Shown here: positions 56,607 to 64,000 of the stretch, piece by piece
How positions within the stretch are numbered: the stretch's first letter is position 1
Layout: each line of letters opens with the position of its first letter
DNA from: an uncultured Pseudomonadota bacterium
GTDB lineage: Bacteria; Pseudomonadota; Alphaproteobacteria; Rs-D84
Length of the DNA stretch: 64,000 nucleotides
Direction: 5' to 3'
Assembly: GCA_902793005.1 (NCBI GenBank)
Contig: CADBBQ010000001.1
Coordinates: 32,860 to 96,859 of the forward strand
Position numbers and translations under genes: made by a program
The notes under the pieces: model-generated
The model's database searches: none
The model's input: the letters and a program-made list of their open reading frames with translations, nothing else
What the model was told of the DNA's origin: nothing

Positions 56607-58925
56607 TTATCGATTTTGTTGCAAAGAAAATTTTTCTTGTAACAATTTTTGCATTTCTTCAACATTTCGCAACTGGCGTTGTGTATCATCAGGATTATTC
56701 ATAACATCTTTGGCCAATCGTTTTATTTGAGCATCTAAATTACTGATGAAATTTTCTATTTGTACTTCCAAAGATTTAACATCAACCATTGTTGTGTGCG
56801 TTTGTGATACAGGACGCATAATCCGTGGACGTTTTTCGCGTGATTGATTTGCGGCGATGTTGTTTTTTTGTTTGTCCGCAATTTTTTTAGCATATGTTTC
56901 TAATAATTCAGACACATTTAAATAATCCGACCGTTCAACAAAATCTTTGGTAATCGTCACGCCATCCATATTTTGACCTTTGGCGGCATTTGGAATTGCC
57001 ACAGAATTATACATTTTTATTGCCTGTGCATTGTCGCCATGGGCGGCAAAGAAAGCGGTTGCAACCATAATTTTATCATCTGGGTTTATTGTCCAAACAA
57101 TTCGTCTGTTGTCGTTGTTTTCAATATGTTGTGATGCCGCGCGCCCAGATTTTATTTCAGTATTAGGAATAATTTGTTTAGTATTATTTTTATCTATATA
57201 TTGTAAAGGCGTATGTGGTGTTTGTGTTGCATAATTCATATTCACTTTGTTTATTCGTTCCAACACAGAATACAACAAATTCAAACTGTCGCCACAGGCA
57301 TTGCAGATACTTTTCCAAATTTGTTTTGGAATATATTTTTCAATTTTAATTGTTTGTTTTTCTTTTTTAACTTTTGCGACTTTTTTCTCTGCCTGGGTTT
57401 TAGGTGTTGATGTGGTTGTGGGCTTTGGTGTTTCACGAACGGCATCAGTGTTGTATATTTGCAACATCACCTGCTTTAACAAATCCAGTGATTCCATATG
57501 CACGCAAGTAATGGATTGACCGTTGTGCGATTTGGTGCCTGACTTAATTTGTTTGTTTGTTTTTATTGCCAGTCTGACTAATTTTTCCATATCTGCATCA
57601 ATGTCTTTGAAACGTGCATCCGCGCGACACAATTCAACAATTTCTTTACGACTAAGCCATTGTTCGGTTTTTGTTGTTGGGTCTGTTGTTTTTACGACCG
57701 CAACAGGCGCGGCAACATTTTGTTGTGCGTGTTTTTGTTCAATTTGATTTAACGCCGCCACTAAAATATCCTGTAAAGATAACGCGTGTTTTGAATCCCA
57801 AATTTCGATATGTGGATTTTTATCTTGGAATTGTCTGAATTCGCGCAACATTTGTAAATCTTTGGCGGTCGCATTCAGCATTGAACGTGATAACAAAATT
57901 TCACGCACAGATTTTGGAAATTTCATATTCAACAATTCTGAAAAATTTTTCACTGTTCTTGAAAAATCGATTTTCGTTGTGCCGTTTGGTATATCGCCTT
58001 TGAATAAATCCAGTTTCGTATTCGAACAGTCTAAACGTCCGCGAATGCTTTTTGGAAAAACGATTTTTTCGCGTGCACCGGAACAAACGAAATTAGAATT
58101 TATATCAATATTAGAAAAATCAAACGGGATTTTATTTTTTGACACATCGATTTGATGCATAATACGGTAATGTTTTGTGCCGTCTAATTTGAAAACGTCT
58201 GTTTGTGTTCCGTCTTCCAATACGATTGGTAATGCCGGTGGTACAGAATTTTTGATTCGCCCCAGGCAGTTATTAAATTGGTTGATTTTATATACCATAC
58301 CTGAATCGTCAAAAATCACAGTTTCAATAATTTTATTGATTTTTGACATTTTTTCAGATTCCGATTTTGTTGCTTCGATATCTTTTATCAGCAAAAACAG
58401 ATATTCGCGGAAAATTGCCTCGGTTCTGCGTTGACTGTCGGTAATTTCATTTGTGCGAATATTGTTTTCCGCCCAAGAATATAAAAAGTTTACATAATCG
58501 CGTTTTTCTGGGGTTTGTTCCAAAGATGTTTTTGGACGTATTATTAATTTTCTGTGTGTATCCCAGAAATCACGTGATTTTTTCAAACTGGATTCTTGTA
58601 TTGTTATCTTTTCTGTGCCAGATAACATATTTTCACAAAAATCTATAAATCCTTTTTCATCGCCCTGTATAGGGTTTGCTGTAAAATCATTGTATGCATT
58701 GGTTTTGACAATGAAATGATAATCTTTGGAAAAGTAATCCGTGGTATACACCGGCGAATTCACAGGGACAATCACAATGGCGTTTGTTTTGTATAATAAC
58801 CACGCCGCCGCACGCGGATTAATACTGTGCGGAAAAATCACGTGCGAAATCCCATCGCTTGAATCAATGTGTGCACCCATAGCCAGTTCAGCATATGCAC
58901 CAGATAACGATTTTTTTTGTGGCAT
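56607..58925 (-). CDS. Large hypothetical protein (772 aa), AT-rich, next to a serine recombinase; possible effector or cargo protein
   Basis: No signal peptide and no familiar catalytic motifs that I can name. A Lys/Thr-rich linker (TPKPTTTSTPKTQAEKKVAKVKKEKQ). The C-terminal part has a RelE/ParE-like pattern (RRIVWTINPDDKIMVATAFFAAHGDN). Low-GC codon usage unlike its neighbours. Confidence 0.45.
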   Translation of the reverse strand: MPQKKSLSGAYAELAMGAHIDSSDGISHVIFPHSINPRAAAWLLYKTNAIVIVPVNSPVYTTDYFSKDYHFIVKTNAYNDFTANPIQGDEKGFIDFCENMLSGTEKITIQESSLKKSRDFWDTHRKLIIRPKTSLEQTPEKRDYVNFLYSWAENNIRTNEITDSQRRTEAIFREYLFLLIKDIEATKSESEKMSKINKIIETVIFDDSGMVYKINQFNNCLGRIKNSVPPALPIVLEDGTQTDVFKLDGTKHYRIMHQIDVSKNKIPFDFSNIDINSNFVCSGAREKIVFPKSIRGRLDCSNTKLDLFKGDIPNGTTKIDFSRTVKNFSELLNMKFPKSVREILLSRSMLNATAKDLQMLREFRQFQDKNPHIEIWDSKHALSLQDILVAALNQIEQKHAQQNVAAPVAVVKTTDPTTKTEQWLSRKEIVELCRADARFKDIDADMEKLVRLAIKTNKQIKSGTKSHNGQSITCVHMESLDLLKQVMLQIYNTDAVRETPKPTTTSTPKTQAEKKVAKVKKEKQTIKIEKYIPKQIWKSICNACGDSLNLLYSVLERINKVNMNYATQTPHTPLQYIDKNNTKQIIPNTEIKSGRAASQHIENNDNRRIVWTINPDDKIMVATAFFAAHGDNAQAIKMYNSVAIPNAAKGQNMDGVTITKDFVERSDYLNVSELLETYAKKIADKQKNNIAANQSREKRPRIMRPVSQTHTTMVDVKSLEVQIENFISNLDAQIKRLAKDVMNNPDDTQRQLRNVEEMQKLLQEKFSLQQNR

Positions 58926-59014
58926 TTTGTCCCCCTGAAAGTGTTATTGATAAATAATATATAATACAAAAATACACTTTTGTCAATATATAATATAAAG
59001 ATACAGTTTTTATT

Positions 59015-59614
59015 TTACCACCCCATCCGATTTATAAATCGGGACAAAGTTGCGTGTTTCACCCCCACGATTTTTGCGATTTTATACCGTGTCATCCCCA
59101 TATCCAGTAATTTTTTTACCTTTTTTGCGTTATCAGACAATTTTAATTTTTTTGACTGCGCGGCAAAAGGACGCCCCAATCGCTTGCCGGACGCGCGTAC
59201 ACTTTCCAGGGACGCTTTTGTTCGTTGTGATATCAGGTTGCGTTCGATTTCCGCGGACAGACCAAATGCGAAAGCCATAACCTTGCTTTGAATATCGTTC
59301 CCCAATCGGTAATTTTCTTTCAGTGTCCATACTTGGCAATTTTTATTTAAACACGATTCTAAAATCCGCATAACTTCCAACAATGACCGCCCCAGGCGCG
59401 ATATTTCGGCGGCGATTAAAATATCGCCGTTATTCAAACTGTCTAATAATTGTCCTAATTTTCGTTTGCTTAACGCCTTGCGCGAAGAAATTGTTTCCAT
59501 TACCCATTTATCAATTAGAATATGATTTTTTTTTGCAAACTGTTCAATTTCGAACCGCTGGTGTTGCAGCGTTTGTTTTGTTGACGACACACGAATATAT
59601 CCGATAATAGCCAT
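59015..59614 (-). mobile_element. Serine recombinase (resolvase/invertase family)
   Basis: N-terminal catalytic domain with the nucleophile Ser (MAIIGYIRVSSTKQTLQHQR), a conserved RLGRS region, and a C-terminal HTH (TRYKIAKIVGVKHATLSRFI). 199 aa, the typical resolvase/Hin size. Confidence 0.88.
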
Positions 59615-59831
59615 TGTAAAATCCTTTGTTTAATAGAAATTAATCTAATAAACAATTGTGGACAATTTTTACAAACACAAATTAAAAAAATATTGGAGAT
59701 ACCGGAAATTAATTGTTTTTTGCATAAAAAAACGCCCATTGGGCGATTTTATAATTAAATTCGGAGACATAACCACACAATTTCAAAAAAGAAAATGCGG
59801 CCCGCCACCCGAAGCCCCCCAGGGCGAAACG

Positions 59832-59907
59832 TGGTGCCAGTTGTCGGACTTGAACCAACGACCCTCTGATTACAAATCAGATGCTCTACCAGCTGAGCTA
59901 AACTGGC
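59832..59907 (-). tRNA. tRNA-Thr (anticodon TGT)
   Basis: Reverse complement: gccagtttagctcagctggtagagcatctgatttGTaatcagagggtcgttggttcaagtccgacaactggcacca, with anticodon loop ttTGTaa, T-loop GGTTCAAGTCC and encoded CCA. Confidence 0.85.
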
Positions 59908-60000
59908 AATGTGAACAAATCATATATTTTTTATTTGATAATTTCAAGTGTTTTTTTATGCGTGCTTGCTTTTCGTAAAATCGTTGTTAAAATGATGCTT

Positions 60001-61293
60001 ATGAAAAAATTACCTGAACTTCTTGCGCCGGCGGGCACATTAGACGCATTCAAAACGGCTGTTTTATATGGTGCGGATGCAATTTATGCGGGATTGCCCG
60101 GGTTTTCTATGCGTGCGCGTGCAAAAATTGATGTTGATGGCGTAAAATCCGGTATTGAATTCGCGCACAGCCACGGCAAAAAAGTTTATTTAGCATTTAA
60201 TTTATTTGCGCACGAGCGGGATTTTGAAAATATGTCGCGTGTGGCCGAGGTTGTTGAATATTTAAAACCGGATGCATTAATTGTGGCGGATGCGGGCGTA
60301 TTGATGTGGTGCAAAGAAAAATTCCCCGATATGCCAATCCATATATCGACCCAGGCAAATATTTGTTCGGCGGCATCTGTTAAGTTCTGGCAATCGGCGG
60401 GGGCATCGCTGTGCGTTCTTGCGCGCGAGGTATCGCATCCGGAATTTTGTGAAATTCGTAAACAATGCCCAGATGTAAAATTGGAAATTTTTGTGCACGG
60501 TGCGATGTGTATGGCGTATTCTGGGCGGTGTTTGCTGTCGAATTATATAACGGGCCGTCCGTCAAATCGTGGTGCGTGTGCGCAACTGTGCCGGTGGAAG
60601 TATGATGTCATTTTGCGCGAACGTGAAAGTGGTGTCGAAATGCCAATCGACGAAGATGAACGCGGTGCCTATATTTTGAACAGTAAAGATTTATGCCTGA
60701 TGCCGCGATTAGCCGAAGTATTAGAATCCGCCCCGGACAGTTTGAAAATCGAGGGCCGCAACCGTTCCGAATATTATGTGGGCAGTGTTGTGCGTGCATA
60801 TCGCAATGCAATGGATGCGTGGGCGCGCGACCCGGTGAATTTCAATCCTGATGAATTTATGGCGGATTTAAATGTTTTGGAAACGCGTGGATACACAACG
60901 GCGTTTTTTGATGGGCCTTTGCCGGCGACGGCACACGATTTTGATACAACAAAATCAGATTCCGCATTTCACGCCGCCGGCGTTGTGACGGCTGTTGATG
61001 AATTCCGCCCCAGCCCCAACGGGGCGACCGGGGAGGGGGACCGCGTTAGCGGTGGCGGGGGTATTGTGCTTGAACTGCGTAACGAAGTGCGTGCTGGCGA
61101 CGAAATTACATTTTTATTGCCACGCGACAAATTCAGCATCAAATTGGATAAAATCCAAAACGCCAAAACTGGCGAATTTGTGCCAAAAATGTCCGCAGGC
61201 CAGGGCAACTCGATTTTAATACCGGTTGCCAAAATTCCGCACGAATATTTACCACAAATACAGCAATACATATTGGCATATAAACGCAAATAA
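60001..61293 (+). CDS. U32-family peptidase (YegQ/YhbU-like) with an in-frame repeat-derived insertion
   Basis: MKKLPELLAPAGTLDAFKTAVLYGADAIYAGLPGFSMRARA...VYLAFNLFAHERD...LIVADAGVLMW...HISTQANI matches the U32 N-terminal TIM-barrel consensus. The start was chosen at 60001 because ORF 59911-61293 overlaps the tRNA-Thr region. Confidence 0.82.
   Translation: MKKLPELLAPAGTLDAFKTAVLYGADAIYAGLPGFSMRARAKIDVDGVKSGIEFAHSHGKKVYLAFNLFAHERDFENMSRVAEVVEYLKPDALIVADAGVLMWCKEKFPDMPIHISTQANICSAASVKFWQSAGASLCVLAREVSHPEFCEIRKQCPDVKLEIFVHGAMCMAYSGRCLLSNYITGRPSNRGACAQLCRWKYDVILRERESGVEMPIDEDERGAYILNSKDLCLMPRLAEVLESAPDSLKIEGRNRSEYYVGSVVRAYRNAMDAWARDPVNFNPDEFMADLNVLETRGYTTAFFDGPLPATAHDFDTTKSDSAFHAAGVVTAVDEFRPSPNGATGEGDRVSGGGGIVLELRNEVRAGDEITFLLPRDKFSIKLDKIQNAKTGEFVPKMSAGQGNSILIPVAKIPHEYLPQIQQYILAYKRK
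61008..61062 (+). repeat. G-rich dispersed element (ggggagggggaccgcgNNagcggtggcgggggt) embedded in-frame within the U32 peptidase CDS
   Basis: 34 of 36 nt identical to 4977-5012 in the non-coding leader of paralog A. Here it encodes ...PSPNGATGEGDRVSGGGGIV... inside the ORF without breaking the frame. Confidence 0.7.
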
Positions 61294-61294
61294 A

Positions 61295-61395
61295 ATGCCG
61301 CCCCTGGTTCCCCTCCACCGGGCCCCAAAAAATTCAAATGAATTTTTTGGGTGGTTTTCGGAGGGGAGGGCCACGAAGTGGAGGGGTGGTTTTTT
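61295..61395. repeat. GC-rich palindromic element(s), same family as 10561-10640 and 34666-34800
   Basis: cccctccaccgggccccaaaaaattcaaatgaattttttgggtggttttcggaggggaggg. Confidence 0.7.
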
Positions 61396-61612
61396 ATTTA
61401 TGTGTTTTTACGGCGGTTAACGCCAATCCACGGTGCAACAACGCGCACAGCAAATCCGGTGGAATTGGTAATCGCCCGATTTCATACAAGTATAAATCAC
61501 GCGGCGATATTTTTAAAATTTCCGCCACGGCGGCTTTATTCATATGCAATGATTTGCGCGCCCGGCGTAATTGCTGGCCATACGCGCGTGCATCAATTAA
61601 AACAATAGACAT
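61394..61612 (-). CDS. XRE-family helix-turn-helix transcriptional regulator (small)
   Basis: YGQQLRRARKSLHMNKAAVAEILKISPRDLYLYEIG fits the HTH_XRE pattern. Start taken at the internal Met (MSIVLID) of ORF 61394-61669. Confidence 0.5.
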   Translation of the reverse strand: MSIVLIDARAYGQQLRRARKSLHMNKAAVAEILKISPRDLYLYEIGRLPIPPDLLCALLHRGLALTAVKTHK

Positions 61613-61839
61613 CTTCTCTCCTCCATTTTTAATAAAAAATACCGCGTAAAAAAGCGCGGTTGGAGGCAAGAAAACTACTGAAATAATTAAGGTAGTGCTG
61701 CTTATTCAAAATATTCGCAGCCCTCCAACCAGTTTGGTGGAGTTTTATTATTTCAAAGGGTTTTCTTGACCCACACTGGCAACACACCAATGCAATTATA
61801 TTCTAGCCGATAATCAACGCATTTGCAAATTTATTTTTA

Positions 61840-61925
61840 CCCCCTCCACCGTCTCACCGGGCCCCACGAAATTGAAAATTTCGTGGGTGGTTCACCGGTC
61901 CCCCTCCCCACGCTAACGCTTGGGG
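61840..61925. repeat. GC-rich palindromic element (gggccccacgaaattgaaaatttcgtgggtgg) with cccctcc flanks
   Basis: Perfect hairpin ccccacgaaatt-gaaa-atttcgtgggg. It is followed at 61938 by the 33-nt TTTGAAC repeat. Confidence 0.75.
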
Positions 61926-61930
61926 CGGAA

Positions 61931-62746
61931 TCATTTATTGAACTTTGAACTTTGCACTTTGAACTTTGATATAAAAATTCCGGCGCCAATCACAAACATT
62001 ACGCCCGATAATAATTGTCCCATTGTTAACCCCCAGGTTGTTAAAAATCCAATCTGGGCGTCCGGTGCACGAAACATTTCGCAAAAAATCCGGGCCACCG
62101 CGTACAGCATTGCCAACACGCCCGACAGCGCACCGGGATGTGATTTTAAATTTGTTTTCTTGTATAACCACCACATTAATATAAATAAAATTACGCCCTC
62201 GGTTGCGGCCTCGTACAGGGGGCTGGGGTGGCGTGGCGTGGTTGTGTCGCCACGGAACACGACTCCCCACGGCATATCGGTTGCGCGACCCATAACCTCC
62301 ATATTTATAAAGTTTGCAATTCGGCCAAAAAACAGGCCAATCGGCGCCAAAACTGCACATAAATCCAATAATTTCCACCCGTTTAATTTATTTTTGTGTG
62401 CAAATATAAAATTCGCAATTACAACCCCAATCAGACCACCGTGAAAACTCATCCCGCCGTGCCATACCATAAATATTTCCAACGGGTGCGCAATAAAAAA
62501 CGGCAAATTATAAAATAACACATACCCCAGGCGTCCGCCCAGTATCACACCCAAAATAATCGCGGTTAAAAAATCATCGCTTTGTTTTTTATCCAACATA
62601 ATTCCAGAATTTTTGTCGCGTATCATACGCAAAAACAACCAAAAGCAGATTAAAAATCCCGCGATATAAGCCAATGCATACCAACGAATATCAATGCCGA
62701 ATATTGACACCGCCACGGGCGAAATTGGATTTATAACAATTGCCAT
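61931..62746 (-). CDS. lgt: Phosphatidylglycerol:prolipoprotein diacylglyceryl transferase
   Basis: IRWYALAYIAGFL..., GGRLGYVLFYN, and the Lgt signature GGMSFHGGLIGV. Start at the internal Met (MAIVINPI) of ORF 61931-62794. Confidence 0.88.
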   Translation of the reverse strand: MAIVINPISPVAVSIFGIDIRWYALAYIAGFLICFWLFLRMIRDKNSGIMLDKKQSDDFLTAIILGVILGGRLGYVLFYNLPFFIAHPLEIFMVWHGGMSFHGGLIGVVIANFIFAHKNKLNGWKLLDLCAVLAPIGLFFGRIANFINMEVMGRATDMPWGVVFRGDTTTPRHPSPLYEAATEGVILFILMWWLYKKTNLKSHPGALSGVLAMLYAVARIFCEMFRAPDAQIGFLTTWGLTMGQLLSGVMFVIGAGIFISKFKVQSSKFNK

Positions 62747-62840
62747 TTTTATATCCTTTTGCGGAAATTGTAGTCTAAAAATTTGCAAAAACACAATAAA
62801 AAAAGCACCGAAAATCGGTGCTGAAAAAATAATTTTTTTA

Positions 62841-63131
62841 TTAACGTCTGCGTGATTTTAAATCGCACAGTTCACCGAACGGATTTTGTTGTAATACGCG
62901 TTTCGAAACACGTTCGCGTTCGATTTTTTCCAATTGGTTTTGTATGATTTCTTCGCAACGCGCACGAATTGCAGAATTTTTTTCGGTTTTTAAACGTTCT
63001 TGCATTTTTGCAATCGTTTCTTTGGCATCCGCAATAATTTTATCTTTGTCCGCCACGGTTTGACGACCGGTTGGGTACGGTAATACAGAACTGTAATTAC
63101 TGAAATTAAAATTAGCCACTTTTTTATACAT
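62841..63131 (-). CDS. Small hypothetical protein (96 aa), tandem paralog of 63156-63416
   Basis: Shares the pattern ...A(I/V)RA(R/K)..E..I.N.L(E/D).I.RE with the adjacent ORF. Confidence 0.3.
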   Translation of the reverse strand: MYKKVANFNFSNYSSVLPYPTGRQTVADKDKIIADAKETIAKMQERLKTEKNSAIRARCEEIIQNQLEKIERERVSKRVLQQNPFGELCDLKSRRR

Positions 63132-63155
63132 TTTTATATTCCCTTTAATTTTTTA

Positions 63156-63416
63156 TTAATGTTGACGAGCGCCACTTAAAATTTTCATAGATTCTTTTTC
63201 ACGACGAATTGTGTCCAAATGATTATAAATGCAATTTTCGTAACGTTTTGCGCGTACTGCATCGTTTTCTTTTTTAATTTCGTTCCATTTTGCGTGCATT
63301 TCACGAATGTGTTTCCAACAATCGTCAATGATGTGTTGTTTGTCGTTGCACGTTTGACGGTCCGGGTTGATGTATTCGCATCCGGTACCCTGATAATATC
63401 TTGCGCCTGTGGTCAT
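63156..63416 (-). CDS. Small hypothetical Cys-containing protein (86 aa), tandem paralog of 62841-63131
   Basis: CEYINPDRQTCNDKQHIIDDCWKH...AVRAKRYENCIYNHLDTIRRE. ORF only. Confidence 0.3.
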   Translation of the reverse strand: MTTGARYYQGTGCEYINPDRQTCNDKQHIIDDCWKHIREMHAKWNEIKKENDAVRAKRYENCIYNHLDTIRREKESMKILSGARQH

Positions 63417-63622
63417 AATTTTGCCTCCTGTGTATTTTTTTTGATTATTACAAAAATATTATAGTATAAAAAAATTATTTGTCAACCTTTAATAGATAAA
63501 ATATTTTATGAATATTTATTTTGTTGCGTATTTGCAATAAATATTATTTGTTTTTATTCTTGAATTTATGGGGTGTTTGTATTATATAATCGTTAGAAAA
63601 AAACAAAAGGAGAAAACAAAAA

Positions 63623-64000
63623 ATGACAGGTGTTCAAACAAATACAATGGACGGATATCTAAGACGGATTTTTGCATTAATGTTCGGCGCGGTTGGAATT
63701 ACCGCGGTGGCGGCGTACCTGACGATTTGGGGCGGGGGATTACGGTTTTTGATAAATGGTGCGGGAACCGGATTTTCGGTACTGTATTATGTTCTGTTAT
63801 TCGGCGGATTGGCGTTTTCCATCTGGGCCCAGGTTCGTGCGTTTTCATTAAAGCCTGCGACCGGCGCGGTGATGTTGATGTTGTATGCCGCGGTTATCGG
63901 CATTACATTGACGCCATTGTTGGCGGTATCCCTGGCGGTCAATCCGGCATCGATTTTATACGCATTTGTTTTATCGGCACTGATGTTCGCGTGTATGGCG
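63623..64000 (+). CDS. Bax-inhibitor-1/YccA-family (TMBIM) membrane protein, 3'-truncated at the window edge
   Basis: My translation: MTGVQTNTMDGYLRRIFALMFGAVGITAVAAYLTIWGGG...LYAAVIGITLTPLL. The N-terminus (Y.RRIF.LM...) and the multi-TM profile are typical of BI-1/YccA. Preceded by RBS aaaggagaaa. Confidence 0.5.
   Translation, partial: MTGVQTNTMDGYLRRIFALMFGAVGITAVAAYLTIWGGGLRFLINGAGTGFSVLYYVLLFGGLAFSIWAQVRAFSLKPATGAVMLMLYAAVIGITLTPLLAVSLAVNPASILYAFVLSALMFACMA

Noticed and set aside
56980-58938. Plus-strand ORFs 56980-57234 through 58741-58938 inside the 772-aa gene region.
   Set aside because: Short, AT-rich, low-complexity translations nested antisense in the long minus-strand ORF.

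Overview
This window is a low-GC (about 40-45 % by eye) bacterial chromosome segment whose gene content and order look alphaproteobacterial; the repeat-riddled, rearranged layout suggests an obligate intracellular or symbiotic lineage, but both points are inference. Conserved housekeeping blocks are: a 5'-truncated D,D-carboxypeptidase (with SPOR domain), then recR, rsmA and a KefB-like antiporter; lspA, yidC, lpxD; rpoH with a YfgM-like and a short BamB-like gene; tRNA-Trp, secE, nusG, rplK, rplA, rplJ, rplL, rpoB, rpoC, rpmF, plsX; an orphan mraZ; IHF/HU; an M13 peptidase and hemW; mltB; olsB, olsA, proS, ldh; cvpA; tRNA-Thr, a U32 peptidase, lgt. Between these sit accessory and unusual elements. 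(1) A minus-strand virB8/virB9/virB10-like trio next to tRNA-Trp with no VirB4/B11/D4 in view, in which the VirB9 homolog carries a C-terminal SPOR-like domain and the VirB10 homolog carries a cysteine-rich C-terminal extension of roughly 200-250 aa. (2) Two paralogous signal-peptide proteins (5041-7269 and 37394-38899) with divergent N-termini, a near-identical central cassette, and a shared conserved upstream region of about 0.8-1.2 kb containing a sigma70-like promoter, palindromes and a long conserved leader. (3) A 783-aa cysteine-rich secreted protein immediately after mraZ. (4) A roughly 3.2-kb islet next to tRNA-Thr with a serine recombinase and a 772-aa orphan protein. (5) A low-GC pair of GT2 glycosyltransferases. 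(6) Several dispersed repeat families (GC-rich palindromic hairpins, a TTTGAAC/TTTGCAC repeat, GGGGAGGGGG-type elements), one of which appears inserted in-frame into the U32 peptidase gene, as Rickettsia palindromic elements do. (7) Apparent frameshifts in rpmF and in an outer-membrane protein gene. All calls rest on my own reading of the translations and the DNA; no database searches were possible.
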